From contig JBNPEG010000189.1 in assembly GCA_051117555.1 (NCBI GenBank), positions 1 to 31,159 on the forward strand: DNA of 31,159 nucleotides, written 5' to 3'. The notes beneath the pieces are model-generated. The model searched no databases, was not told the origin of the DNA, and was given only the letters and a program-made list of their open reading frames with translations. Positions 18,414-27,199 of this stretch are shown one piece after another (the stretch's first letter is position 1; each line of letters starts with the position of its first letter). The position numbers were made by a program, and so were the translations under genes. The stretch comes from Elainellaceae cyanobacterium (GTDB lineage Bacteria; Cyanobacteriota; Cyanobacteriia; CAZCXK01).

Positions 18414-18483
18414 CCTTCACCCTTCACCCTTCACCCTTCACCCTTCACCCTTCACCCTTCTCTGCCTTCTGCCTTCCGCCCTC
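18414..18483. repeat. STRR-like heptamer arrays (CCTTCAC)x6 then (TGCCTTC)x2-3
   Basis: Read directly from the sequence. Abuts the 64-bp element and the hydrolase stop codon. Confidence 0.9.
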
Positions 18484-18484
18484 C

Positions 18485-19381
18485 TTAATTGCTATCCATG
18501 TGATTTAGCCAATCTAATAACAAACCCGCAACCACACCGGGTCGTTCCAAATGGGGCAGCACTCCCGCATCAGGTACTTCATGAAAGCGCTGCACTGCTC
18601 TAGGATTGAGCGCTGCCAAGCGATGCCCTACACTCACAGGTGTAAACTGTGCTTGCGCACCCCACACCATTGCCGTAGGTACTGCTAGCTTGGGGAGGTC
18701 AAGGGATAGGTCAAAGTACAACTGCCCTTTGAGAAACGCAAGCGCAGCATAGTCTGCATTAGGCTGTTGGGCAGATTGCAAGTATGCAGCAACCATCTCA
18801 TTCGTAACGCGATCGCGCTGAGCAAACAAAAACTGTTCTAAGAAATTACGCACTGCAAATTCATTAGTTGCGCCTACTGTATAAATGAGGCGATCGAGCC
18901 CCGGCGTATCGATAATCGGCAGGGGAATGCGTCGTCCGGCAGCATCTCCAAAATCGGTAAATCCAGATGGGCAGACCAGATAGAGGGACTTAAATAGCTC
19001 AGGATACTGAACGGCAATCCGCACTGCAAATGCACCCGTCAGTGAAGAGGCAACCACCGTCATCGGCAATGATGAGACGTGTTCAATGAATTCGGTAAGA
19101 CTGGTGAGGTAGTCATCGATCTGATAGCGCCGCATCGGATGACTTGACTGCCCCCATCCCAATAAATCGGGTGCAATAACGCGATAGGTATTTGCAAACA
19201 CAGAATAAACCTTTGACCACTCATAGGCTGACGCTCCTCCTCCAAAGCCATGAAGAAATAGGATAGGAGCTAGGGTGTTGTCAATTGTCCACGGAGATTC
19301 GACGGGCGTGTAGTAGGCGATCGCCCCGTAGGAGGTTCGAACCAGGCGTTGACCAAAACCAGGTGGCTGAAATTGAAGCAT
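18485..19381 (-). CDS. Alpha/beta fold hydrolase
   Basis: FLHGFGGG, APDLLGWGQS, nucleophile-elbow region VASSLTG, C-terminal GVLPHLE. The start is probably ATG 19381 (MLQFQPPGF); 19405 is the alternative. Confidence 0.88.
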   Translation of the reverse strand: MLQFQPPGFGQRLVRTSYGAIAYYTPVESPWTIDNTLAPILFLHGFGGGASAYEWSKVYSVFANTYRVIAPDLLGWGQSSHPMRRYQIDDYLTSLTEFIEHVSSLPMTVVASSLTGAFAVRIAVQYPELFKSLYLVCPSGFTDFGDAAGRRIPLPIIDTPGLDRLIYTVGATNEFAVRNFLEQFLFAQRDRVTNEMVAAYLQSAQQPNADYAALAFLKGQLYFDLSLDLPKLAVPTAMVWGAQAQFTPVSVGHRLAALNPRAVQRFHEVPDAGVLPHLERPGVVAGLLLDWLNHMDSN

Positions 19382-19511
19382 GGGAGTAGGCGCATGATTA
19401 CCCATTTATCTTAAGCTGGATAGGCGCAATTACTTGAGATTAGATGATCGAACACTCGATTGCCCAAAGAAATAGCCCATTACCAGAAACAAATAGTGCG
19501 ATCGCCATCTC

Positions 19512-19537
19512 GTAGGGTGCGTCACCTGACGCACCAT
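19512..19537 (+). repeat. Minimal GTAG-family REP-like palindrome
   Basis: GTAG + GGTGCGTCA-CC-TGACGCACC + AT. It has the same ends as the 64-bp element (GTAGGGTGC...ACGCACCAT). Confidence 0.75.
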
Positions 19538-19576
19538 CATTTACTTCGTCTATAAGATCGAGGAGACATATTAGAA

Positions 19577-20014
19577 GTGCGATATCTCTCTGGAGAGGCT
19601 CTGAACCTGTTTAAAGACCCTCCAAACCTCTCTAGAAAGTCTTTAAGATTGTCTAGAGAGTCTCGGAACCTCTTTAAAGAGACTTTGGGATTGTCTAGAG
19701 AGTCTCTGAACCTCTTTAAAGAGTCTCTGAGAGTGTTTAGAGAGTCTTGGAACCTCTTTAAAGAGTCCCTGGGATTGTCTAGAGAGTCTCGGAACCTCTT
19801 TAAAGAGTCTCGGAACCTCTTTAAAGAGACCTTGGGATTGTCTAGAGAGTCTCGGAACCTCTTTAAAGAGTCTCTGAGAGTGTTTAGAGAGTCTCGGAAC
19901 CTCTTTAAAGAGTCTCTGAGAGTGTCTAGAGAGTGTCTGCATCTCTTTAAAGAGCCTCTGGAGGTGATCAGAGTGGGCGCTGGCTCGATCGCACGCCATA
20001 TCCAAACGGGTTAG
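19577..20014 (+). CDS. Possible heptad-repeat protein encoded by the 21-bp array (ESRNLFK/ETLGLSR/ESLRVFR)
   Basis: Open frame with a GTG start 10 nt after AGGAGA. Two minus-strand frames are also open through most of the array, so coding status is uncertain. Confidence 0.3.
   Translation: MRYLSGEALNLFKDPPNLSRKSLRLSRESRNLFKETLGLSRESLNLFKESLRVFRESWNLFKESLGLSRESRNLFKESRNLFKETLGLSRESRNLFKESLRVFRESRNLFKESLRVSRECLHLFKEPLEVIRVGAGSIARHIQTG
19594..19971. repeat. 18 x 21-bp degenerate tandem array with higher-order structure
   Basis: Unit types are A AGAGTCTCGGAACCTCTTTAA, B AGAGACTTTGGGATTGTCTAG and C AGAGTCTCTGAGAGTGTTTAG. The 21-bp register is strict, with no indels. Confidence 0.95.
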
Positions 20015-20102
20015 ACAGTCGTGGGTTTTCAATGGGATTAAAGTCAGATGAATAGGGATAGAGATAGATGAGCCGTTCAACTAGGGCTATGCTCAGTCTA
20101 TA

Positions 20103-22091
20103 TCAACCTAAAATTTCATAGAACCCGTTGATTCTGAGCTGAATTTCTTCTGCGCGATCGCCCGGAATGAGCTGAGTCAAATCAACATCCAACGATTCGC
20201 CTTGATGAAGTACGACATACGTATCATCAACTGCGTTTAGTTCAGTGATATTGGGAAACACCTCGCGAACGGCACCCGTTTCGACATCTCGATACGACAC
20301 TGATAGAGAATCGATATACGTGATTTCGGGTTCTCTTTCTTCAAGCCTGATTTGGCTCATACCAGGTCTGAGCGGATATACGTCTGTATCTTGAACTGAC
20401 TTGTGATTTCGAGCAACTAAAACATTGCCAGAGTTAAGCCAGTAGCCTTTTTCAGCATCGTAGACCAACAGATAGGGGCAACTGCCGATGCCCACAAACC
20501 GAGAAATCGAGGTCGCAATCTCGTCGCGAGGCAGGCTGATGGCATAGTCTTGCCCATTGATTTGCATCGAGGTGACGTTGAGAACTTGCCCAACTGCGAC
20601 ATCTGGAATCGAAATTTGACTCATTGAGGACTTAGCATTGCTTAAAAACTCATCGGATAGTGCGATCGCCCCTGTGACCTGGCGGGTATAGCTTTCAATG
20701 TCTTCCGCATCGCCTTGAATAGGAAGTGGGGGATAGTCAGACCCGGCGGGCAATGGTTTGGGAAGGTAGAAAGTTTGATTCGTAAACTGGCTGATATCAA
20801 AATCGGGCTGCGTCGAGTCTGCATAGAGATTCTGAAAAAAACCAAACTCGATAGGAATGATGTAGTGTTTATTCGGATTGAGGATTACGCCTGAAAGAGG
20901 TTCAGTGCGAGTCGAAGCAGTTTGAAATAGTGCAGATCGCTGATTGATGCGAGTCAGTTGATAGTTACTTTGATCGTTACCAAATACTTGATAGGTGACA
21001 GACTCAAGCTGAATCGGTGAATCATCCGGATTAATCACATCAATAAATTTGACGTAGGGAGAAAGCAGAACTGTGTCAACCCATACCTTGCAGGGTTCAA
21101 GCAATCCTTCATCTGACAGATTGAGGACATAAAGATACGAATATCCCACGAGTCCCCGCTGATCGGGATTCTCTCGAATAACGTTTTGAATCCACTGGCG
21201 TTTGCGTTCAACGTCAATGTTTGAGAACCCAAAATTTTCCATTGTCAATTGAGATTGACCAATTTCAGAAAGTTTTGGAAATTGGTTAGCAAATTTGAGA
21301 TATGAATCTGGATCGGAAAATGCTGTCCACGGAGCGTCGTCGAGGTCGGTCTGAAACTCCAGAATGATGGGTGAATAGTCAACCGGATTACCTTCATAGA
21401 CGACTGAATCGTCTACATACTCGTTCGCAGATTGCTCAAATGATTCTTCTGGCACGTCACTACTTTGGGTCACCCCACCCTCGTTGATGGAGTAGATCGT
21501 ATTTCCAAACGAATTATTCGCCACATAGTCTTCATTACCTGTTTCAAGAATGAACGTTTTAATGGTTTGAAAGACCGGGCTTTTTTGAAAAATCAACGGA
21601 TCGCTCTGCATATTTAGAGCATCTCTGAGTACATCGGGTACCGTTGGGTTTTGCGGGTCAAACAGTGCCAGAGTGGGATAAGAGTTGAACAAGGTAACGG
21701 GTTGAGAAAGAATTGGGCTCACAGCAGCAGGCGTCGCCGTGGGTGATGGGGACGTGGTTGGAGATGGGGAGGCAGTCTCAGGTTCGGGTTCTTCGATTCC
21801 CCAAAGGAATAAGAAAAATACGAGGACAAATGCGGCAAATCCGCCTGCTGCGCGAACTTGTAATTTATTGAACGGCAATGTGCCTTCAACATCGAGGCTG
21901 CCTGCAAATAGAGAGGCAGACACCCCTGCTGCAAAGGCAGCTAAGAATCGGATGATGGGAAGGGTTTCGCGAATCCGCTCGGGAGGATAGAAGATTAGAA
22001 CGACGAAAACGATGATGACAAAGGTGGCAAGGGCGATCGCCGCAATGCGTTCCCAATTTGAGTGCCCTGATGGAGGTTGATGATGCGTCAT
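20103..22091 (-). CDS. Uncharacterised 662-aa membrane-anchored protein (3 N-terminal TM helices, P/S/T linker, large acidic extracytoplasmic region, C-terminal GSCPYL domain)
   Basis: Hydrophobic segments at about aa 16-35, 45-63 and 80-98; linker SPSPTTSPSPTATP; C-terminal GSCPYLLVYD...EEREPEITYIDSL. Confidence 0.8.
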   Translation of the reverse strand: MTHHQPPSGHSNWERIAAIALATFVIIVFVVLIFYPPERIRETLPIIRFLAAFAAGVSASLFAGSLDVEGTLPFNKLQVRAAGGFAAFVLVFFLFLWGIEEPEPETASPSPTTSPSPTATPAAVSPILSQPVTLFNSYPTLALFDPQNPTVPDVLRDALNMQSDPLIFQKSPVFQTIKTFILETGNEDYVANNSFGNTIYSINEGGVTQSSDVPEESFEQSANEYVDDSVVYEGNPVDYSPIILEFQTDLDDAPWTAFSDPDSYLKFANQFPKLSEIGQSQLTMENFGFSNIDVERKRQWIQNVIRENPDQRGLVGYSYLYVLNLSDEGLLEPCKVWVDTVLLSPYVKFIDVINPDDSPIQLESVTYQVFGNDQSNYQLTRINQRSALFQTASTRTEPLSGVILNPNKHYIIPIEFGFFQNLYADSTQPDFDISQFTNQTFYLPKPLPAGSDYPPLPIQGDAEDIESYTRQVTGAIALSDEFLSNAKSSMSQISIPDVAVGQVLNVTSMQINGQDYAISLPRDEIATSISRFVGIGSCPYLLVYDAEKGYWLNSGNVLVARNHKSVQDTDVYPLRPGMSQIRLEEREPEITYIDSLSVSYRDVETGAVREVFPNITELNAVDDTYVVLHQGESLDVDLTQLIPGDRAEEIQLRINGFYEILG

Positions 22092-22214
22092 CTAGATAAA
22101 TTAGTTGCCTCGACATGAAAGACTCTATGTTCGAGATACCGCATTATGCCTCTCAAGCAAAATATTATAAACTTTTTGTGATTTGGTGTAACAAAGAGTA
22201 ATCTGACAGGGTAA

Positions 22215-22409
22215 CGGGCGATCGCAGTTCAAGAGGAAATGGAGTATGAGCGACGCGGTACTGTATGGCGACGCTCAACGAGCTAGCACCTTCTAGGAGA
22301 TTATGAAGAAGCGATCGCCGATTACAATAAAGCGGCAGAACTCTATCATCAACAAGGAAGCACAGAATCTTATCAAAATGCACTAGAGCAAATCGAATCG
22401 CTTCAGTAA
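22215..22409 (+). pseudogene. C-terminal remnant of a TPR protein
   Basis: RAIAVQEEMEYERRGTVWRRSTS*HLLGDYEEAIADYNKAAELYHQQGSTESYQNALEQIESLQ*. In-frame TAG at 22284-22286 and no N-terminal portion. Not in the ORF track. Confidence 0.7.
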
Positions 22410-22461
22410 TGAGGGATGCGATCGCCCAGGATTTTCTCGACACGTCTTCACGTCTAAAATT

Positions 22462-22606
22462 ATGAACAACGTTGACTTGCACTGACTTCAAAAGCCTGCG
22501 CAGACGGATTTGCTTGTAAGCAGCTAATCAGTCTTGGAAACAGGAAAGGCAGGCGACCTGTAAGGACTCCTACCCAAACGTTGACAGTGGGTTGCACGTT
22601 GTTAAT
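22462..22606. repeat. 145-bp element bounded by imperfect ~24-bp inverted repeats (MITE- or attC-like)
   Basis: Left end ATGAACAACGTTGACTTGCACTGAC versus reverse complement of the right end ATTAACAACGTGCAACCCACTGTC. Confidence 0.45.
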
Positions 22607-22614
22607 GCTCGCCT

Positions 22615-23007
22615 TTAAACGTTCAGAACCCATCGGTCACGATTCTCTGCACTCATGATGGCGGATGGAGCAACACGCATTTCTATCCCCAAGCTATTAA
22701 AGGCAGTCCGAATCCGGGCGGCATGAATGGACTCAACGCTCCCGATTCCAGCTGCGGCCATAATCAGTGGAGAGATTTTTAACTTAGCAGACTCGGTCAC
22801 GTACGCGATCGCCGCATCAGTCTCTAGTGCTAAGGCCAGTTTGGCGATATTCACATCACTATCTAGATTCCCTTCCCCTTTGTCGAAGTAGGATGAAAGG
22901 CCATAACTAGGCTCAGACTGAACGGGTGTTCCACCCAAATCACGAATTGCAGTAGATAGGATAGCCCGATGTTATTTAGGATCAGCCTGATTTTCCAGGG
23001 CGATCGC
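22615..23007 (-). pseudogene. Truncated ferritin-like (Ferritin_2/DUF4439-type) domain gene
   Basis: AIALENQADPK*HRAILSTAIRDLGGTPV...LALALETDAAIAY...IGSVESIHAARIR retains LE..A..AY and ExxH motifs. In-frame TAA at 22972-22974; the first helix and start are missing. Confidence 0.72.
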
Positions 23008-23241
23008 CGAGGCAAACTTGTCTCGAACGGTAGGTCTGAAATGGAGAGCACAACAAAACTCAGATATTGTTAAACTATTCCGGGACTTTGCGGCGAACTA
23101 CTCCTGGCAAGATCTGTAGCGTTTTTAGGTTTTGCCAAATTGCACCTGAAGATTTTGCATCTAGTGGCTAGAATTTATCGGTATCGATGCATGATATAAA
23201 AATATCTAACGTCGTACTGATGTGCTTTTTTATTCCACACT

Positions 23242-23517
23242 ATGCCAGCAAAAGGTCGAATTGAAGTCAAGATTAAGTTTAACGGTATTCCTCTTACCAG
23301 CTCTGACTCTCGTCGCGGTTTTACGCAGATTGAGGTGATTTGCGATAACTATACGGTTTCTGCGAATGTCAAAACGAAGACATTCGAGCGATTTTTAATG
23401 AATGCCCGCATATTGTATGAGTGGGAAGGAGCCTTGGTGGGCACGCTTCATCACATCCAAGGGCACCAAATTATCTTATCTGGAGCAGGGCTTCAGTGCT
23501 ACGAAAAGAAGTCTTAA
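23242..23517 (+). CDS. Small protein resembling the cyanobacterial family annotated 'fertility inhibition FinO-like protein'
   Basis: Pattern G(R/K)IEVKIKFN.IP...F..IE..CD...V...VK.K.F...W.GAL.G.L.....I.L....Q.YEKK matches my recollection of this often plasmid-borne family. Confidence 0.6.
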   Translation: MPAKGRIEVKIKFNGIPLTSSDSRRGFTQIEVICDNYTVSANVKTKTFERFLMNARILYEWEGALVGTLHHIQGHQIILSGAGLQCYEKKS

Positions 23518-23767
23518 GGGGTTAATGGCCTATAACTGCCATTGCAAAAAGCTTTGTCGGCCAACCAGAGGGAGGGTGTTAGTAAATGTGGGGCAAAAAT
23601 TAATTAATCCGGGAAACAAGATAATATGTCCGAAGGGTTAATCAGTGAAAGGCTAATCAGTCAGGGAATACAAATATTAATATGTCGTAGATGCCAGAGC
23701 TGAATTGAACTGTTAAATTACCAACACTGCGTAAGCCCTTCAAATAGTGTGTTGCGCAACAGCAAAT

Positions 23768-26700
23768 ATGATGTGGCTCACTTCTTGGTGGCGCAATTCC
23801 CCACTCCACCAGCCCATTTCCCTACGATTATTGTTGTTGGTGCCCGTTGTGGCGCAAATTCTGGGTATCGTGGGAATTGTCGGATATTTGTCGTATCGCA
23901 GCGGGCAGCAAGCTGTTGAAGATTTAGCGCATCAGCTCATGAAGGAGACGGGCGATCGCATTGTCCACGACCTTGATATTTATCTTCAAACCGCTCATCG
24001 CATTAACCAGTCTAATATTGCTGCGCTAGAATCGGGCGCAATTAGCCTAGACAGGCCAGATCAACTCCATCGATATCTCATCTTGCAACATTGGCAGATG
24101 CCAGAGTTCACCACCCAGCTTTTGGGCACCCCCCAGGGAGATTTTCGAACGATTCACTGGATCAGCCCTGCCGAAGTTGAGGCGGAGCTGACCCAACTTC
24201 AGCCCACAGACTTGCCCTTTGAAGCCGGACGTGCGGACGCCAATGATCCGAGTCAGTTAGCCCTCTACGCGGTGGATATTGAGGGGAATTCAGTCCGATA
24301 TCTCGAAACAATCGAAAACATTGATGTGCGAGAGCGCCTCTGGTATCGTTGTGCCGTCGAGACAGGAACACCGGGCTGGAGTGAGCCGTTCCAAATCGGA
24401 GCTTCAAATCTGCTGACCATCAATGCCTATGCTCCTTTCTACAACGCCTCTCAACAGCTTGAGGGAGTCTTCTCAGTTAACCTCAGTCTTGAACGGCTGA
24501 ATGATTTTCTTAAGATGCTCTCTGTCAGTGAGAACGGACAGGTCTTCGTTATGGAGCGCAATGGGCTGCTGATTGCAAATTCTACAGAGTTACCTGCTTA
24601 TGTGCTCTCCGATATTGAATCAGATGTTGAATCAGATGTTGAATCAGATGTTGAATCAGATATTGAATCAGATGTTGAATCAGATATTGAGTCAGATTCT
24701 ACCCAGGGTGAGCCTTTAGTCGCCCAACCCGGACAAATTGAATTTCGTCGGCTGTCTGCTTCAGAGAGTTCTGACCCTGTAATGAGCGCTGCTGCTCAGC
24801 AATTAGAAGCAAGCTTTGATAGTCTCGACGCGATTCAATCTGCTCAAGAATTTCAAATCAATATCGAAGACAATGCTCGTTCTGAGGGGCTTCGCCAGCG
24901 CCACTTTCTCAGCGTGATTCCCTATCAAGATGACCATGGTCTGGATTGGCTGATTGTCACAGTGGTGCCGGAGTCTGACTTTATGGCACAAATTCACGCC
25001 AATGTGCAGCGCACCGTACTGCTGTGCATTGCGGCAATTGTGGGGGCGATCGCCCTTGCCATTTGGATAGTCCGTAAAGTTTCACGTCCAATTTTGGCAT
25101 TGAACCGAGCGATTCAGGAATTTGCTGACGACCACGACTCGCATTCCTCCATTCCTCCGACTCAGATTCGAGAAATCGAATCACTGCGGCAAGCCTTTCA
25201 TCGGATGGTGACTCATCTGGACGATTCATTCCAGGCTCTCAAAGCCAGCGAACAAAGATTTTTCACATTTGTAGAAAGCGTTCCAATGGGCGTGAGTGTC
25301 CATAACGCCCTTGGTCAAGTCGTATTTATTAACCAGCAAGGGCGTGAAATTCTCCCCCTCGGCGCGACACCTACGCTGCCAGAGCACCTATCACAGGTCT
25401 ATCAGCTTTATCTTGCAGGCACAGACCAACTTTACCCAACAGACCAGTTGCCCGCTGTCCGAGGTATCAGGGGCGAAAAGATTTACGTCGATGATATAGA
25501 AATTGAGGTCAACGGGCGGCGGATTCCCATCGAAGTCCACACTATTCCTATCTTTGATGAAGCAGGGCAGGTATGCTATGCCGTCAATGCCTTTCAAGAT
25601 ATCAGCGAGAGACGGCAGCTTGAGGCTGAGCGCAGACGAGCTCAGGGCATACTGACCCATTACAATCACACGTTGGCAACCGAAGTTGCTCAAAAAACCG
25701 AGGCATTACGCCGTAGCGAGGCATTACTCAATGAGGCTCAGCGTATTGCTAAGATCGGCAGTTGGTCGTGGAATTTGGTGAGCAATGAGCGATGGTGGTC
25801 ACCCCAAATGTACGAGATAATGGGGTTGAATCCTAATAGGTATCCCATTCCTCCCGAGGTTGAGGGAACCAATCAAAACATTCATCCAGCGGATCGAGAG
25901 CGCGTCAATCAGGTTACAACCGCCGCCATTGAACACGGTATTGACTACGAAATTGAGTTTCGAGTCTTACGACCTAATGGCAGTATTACCCATGCCTTTT
26001 CTAGAGGACTGGTAGAACGCAATCTTGACGGACGTGTTGCTCGCTTTTGGGGAATTACTCAAGACATTAGCGATCGCAAACAGGCAGAATTTGAACTTCA
26101 GCACACTACCCAACAGCTACAAGCCTTTTTAGACAACGCCCCAGCCATGATTAGCCTTTTTGATACAGACGGGCGGTATTTACACGTGAACCCTGCCGTT
26201 ACCAATCTATTTGGTATGCCTGAATCTGAAATTATTGGACATACCTTTACCGAGTTCTTTCCAGAATCTCTTGTCGCCGTCTTTCGCTCCCGAATTCAGA
26301 TGCTAATTGAGACGAGGCAACCCCTAGAAGTAGAAGATGAAATTGATTTGAATGGCGATCGCAGGATATTTCATTCGATTCTTTTCCCAGTCGTTACTCC
26401 CGATGAAACACCGACTACTTTTTGGGCGATCGCCACCGATATCACCGATCGCAAAGCCATCGAGCAGATGAAGAACGAATTTATTTCCGTCGTCAGCCAC
26501 GAACTGCGAACTCCCCTGACTGCCATTCATGGCTCCCTTGGATTACTATCAACTGGGATCTATGACAACGACTCCGCCAGAGCCAAACATATGCTTGACA
26601 TCGCCGCAACTGATTGCGATCGCCTCGTGCGCCTCGTCAATGAAGTCTTAACGCTGGAGCGACTGGAGTCAAACCGTTTGCAGATGGAGAAAACTGCTTG

Positions 26701-27157
26701 TGATGCAGCAGATCTGATCCAGCAGGCAGTTGATGGGATGCGGGCGATCGCTGACCAAGCATCTATTACCATCGCTGTAGAACCGATTTCAGCTCGCGTA
26801 TGGGCAAACCCTGATGCTATTTTGCAAACGTTGACCAATTTGTTGAGCAATGCCATCAAGTTTTCTCCAGCCCAGTCTACAGTAGGTGTTGCGGCGGATA
26901 TTCAAACCGATAGAGTCGTGTTTCGAGTGAGCGATCGCGGGCGAGGCATCCCCCCCGATAAGCTTACGAGCATCTTTGAACGCTTTCAGCAAGTTGATGC
27001 CTCTGACTCGCGGCAAAAAGGCGGTACTGGATTGGGGCTAGCCATTTGCCAAAGCTTCATCGCTCAGCACGGGGGGACTATTTGGGCAGAAAGCGGTGTC
27101 GGAGAAGGCAGTACTTTTTTCTTTACGGTGCCAATCGCAGAAACAGATGCCCCGTAG
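23768..27157 (+). CDS. Sensor histidine kinase: TM-dCache-TM-HAMP-3xPAS/PAC-HisKA-HATPase_c
   Basis: Cache motifs DVRERLWY..A.ETG.PGWSEPF and LDWLIVTVVPESDFM; three PAS domains ending QDISER, QDISDRK and TDITDRK; H-box SHELRTPL; N-box NLLSNAIKFS; G-boxes DRGRGIP and GGTGLGL. The start is probably ATG 23768. Confidence 0.95.
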   Translation: MMWLTSWWRNSPLHQPISLRLLLLVPVVAQILGIVGIVGYLSYRSGQQAVEDLAHQLMKETGDRIVHDLDIYLQTAHRINQSNIAALESGAISLDRPDQLHRYLILQHWQMPEFTTQLLGTPQGDFRTIHWISPAEVEAELTQLQPTDLPFEAGRADANDPSQLALYAVDIEGNSVRYLETIENIDVRERLWYRCAVETGTPGWSEPFQIGASNLLTINAYAPFYNASQQLEGVFSVNLSLERLNDFLKMLSVSENGQVFVMERNGLLIANSTELPAYVLSDIESDVESDVESDVESDIESDVESDIESDSTQGEPLVAQPGQIEFRRLSASESSDPVMSAAAQQLEASFDSLDAIQSAQEFQINIEDNARSEGLRQRHFLSVIPYQDDHGLDWLIVTVVPESDFMAQIHANVQRTVLLCIAAIVGAIALAIWIVRKVSRPILALNRAIQEFADDHDSHSSIPPTQIREIESLRQAFHRMVTHLDDSFQALKASEQRFFTFVESVPMGVSVHNALGQVVFINQQGREILPLGATPTLPEHLSQVYQLYLAGTDQLYPTDQLPAVRGIRGEKIYVDDIEIEVNGRRIPIEVHTIPIFDEAGQVCYAVNAFQDISERRQLEAERRRAQGILTHYNHTLATEVAQKTEALRRSEALLNEAQRIAKIGSWSWNLVSNERWWSPQMYEIMGLNPNRYPIPPEVEGTNQNIHPADRERVNQVTTAAIEHGIDYEIEFRVLRPNGSITHAFSRGLVERNLDGRVARFWGITQDISDRKQAEFELQHTTQQLQAFLDNAPAMISLFDTDGRYLHVNPAVTNLFGMPESEIIGHTFTEFFPESLVAVFRSRIQMLIETRQPLEVEDEIDLNGDRRIFHSILFPVVTPDETPTTFWAIATDITDRKAIEQMKNEFISVVSHELRTPLTAIHGSLGLLSTGIYDNDSARAKHMLDIAATDCDRLVRLVNEVLTLERLESNRLQMEKTACDAADLIQQAVDGMRAIADQASITIAVEPISARVWANPDAILQTLTNLLSNAIKFSPAQSTVGVAADIQTDRVVFRVSDRGRGIPPDKLTSIFERFQQVDASDSRQKGGTGLGLAICQSFIAQHGGTIWAESGVGEGSTFFFTVPIAETDAP
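24611..24697 (+). repeat. In-frame 12-bp VNTR (GATRTTGAATCA)x7 encoding (D-I/V-E-S)7
   Basis: Read directly from the sequence; lies within the periplasmic Cache region of the kinase. Confidence 0.95.
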
Positions 27158-27199
27158 CGATCGCAGGGCTGTAGGGATATGACATCCTATCATTTCCCT

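Noticed and set aside
18300..18603. N-terminal extension of the GT2 (to 18410) and ORFs beginning MPERLYSTLL / MLYSLSGMATL (also 28198-28380 and 28158-28220)
   Set aside because: These identical peptides are translations of the 64-bp dispersed repeat, not genes.
19594..19971. CRISPR array interpretation of the alternating 21-bp units
   Set aside because: The intervening units are related to each other and to the 'repeat', are the same length and recur. There are no unique spacers and no cas genes.
19643..20080. Minus-strand 145-aa repeat ORF (LFKEVPR)n
   Set aside because: It is open only because the unit lacks stops in that frame, it ends inside the array, and it has no evident RBS.
22165..22491. 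108-aa minus-strand ORF
   Set aside because: It is the antisense shadow of the + strand TPR remnant.
22863..23051. 62-aa ORF as the frameshifted N-terminus of the ferritin-like gene
   Set aside because: Ferritin-like similarity continues in the original frame through the TAA, and this ORF shows no such motif.
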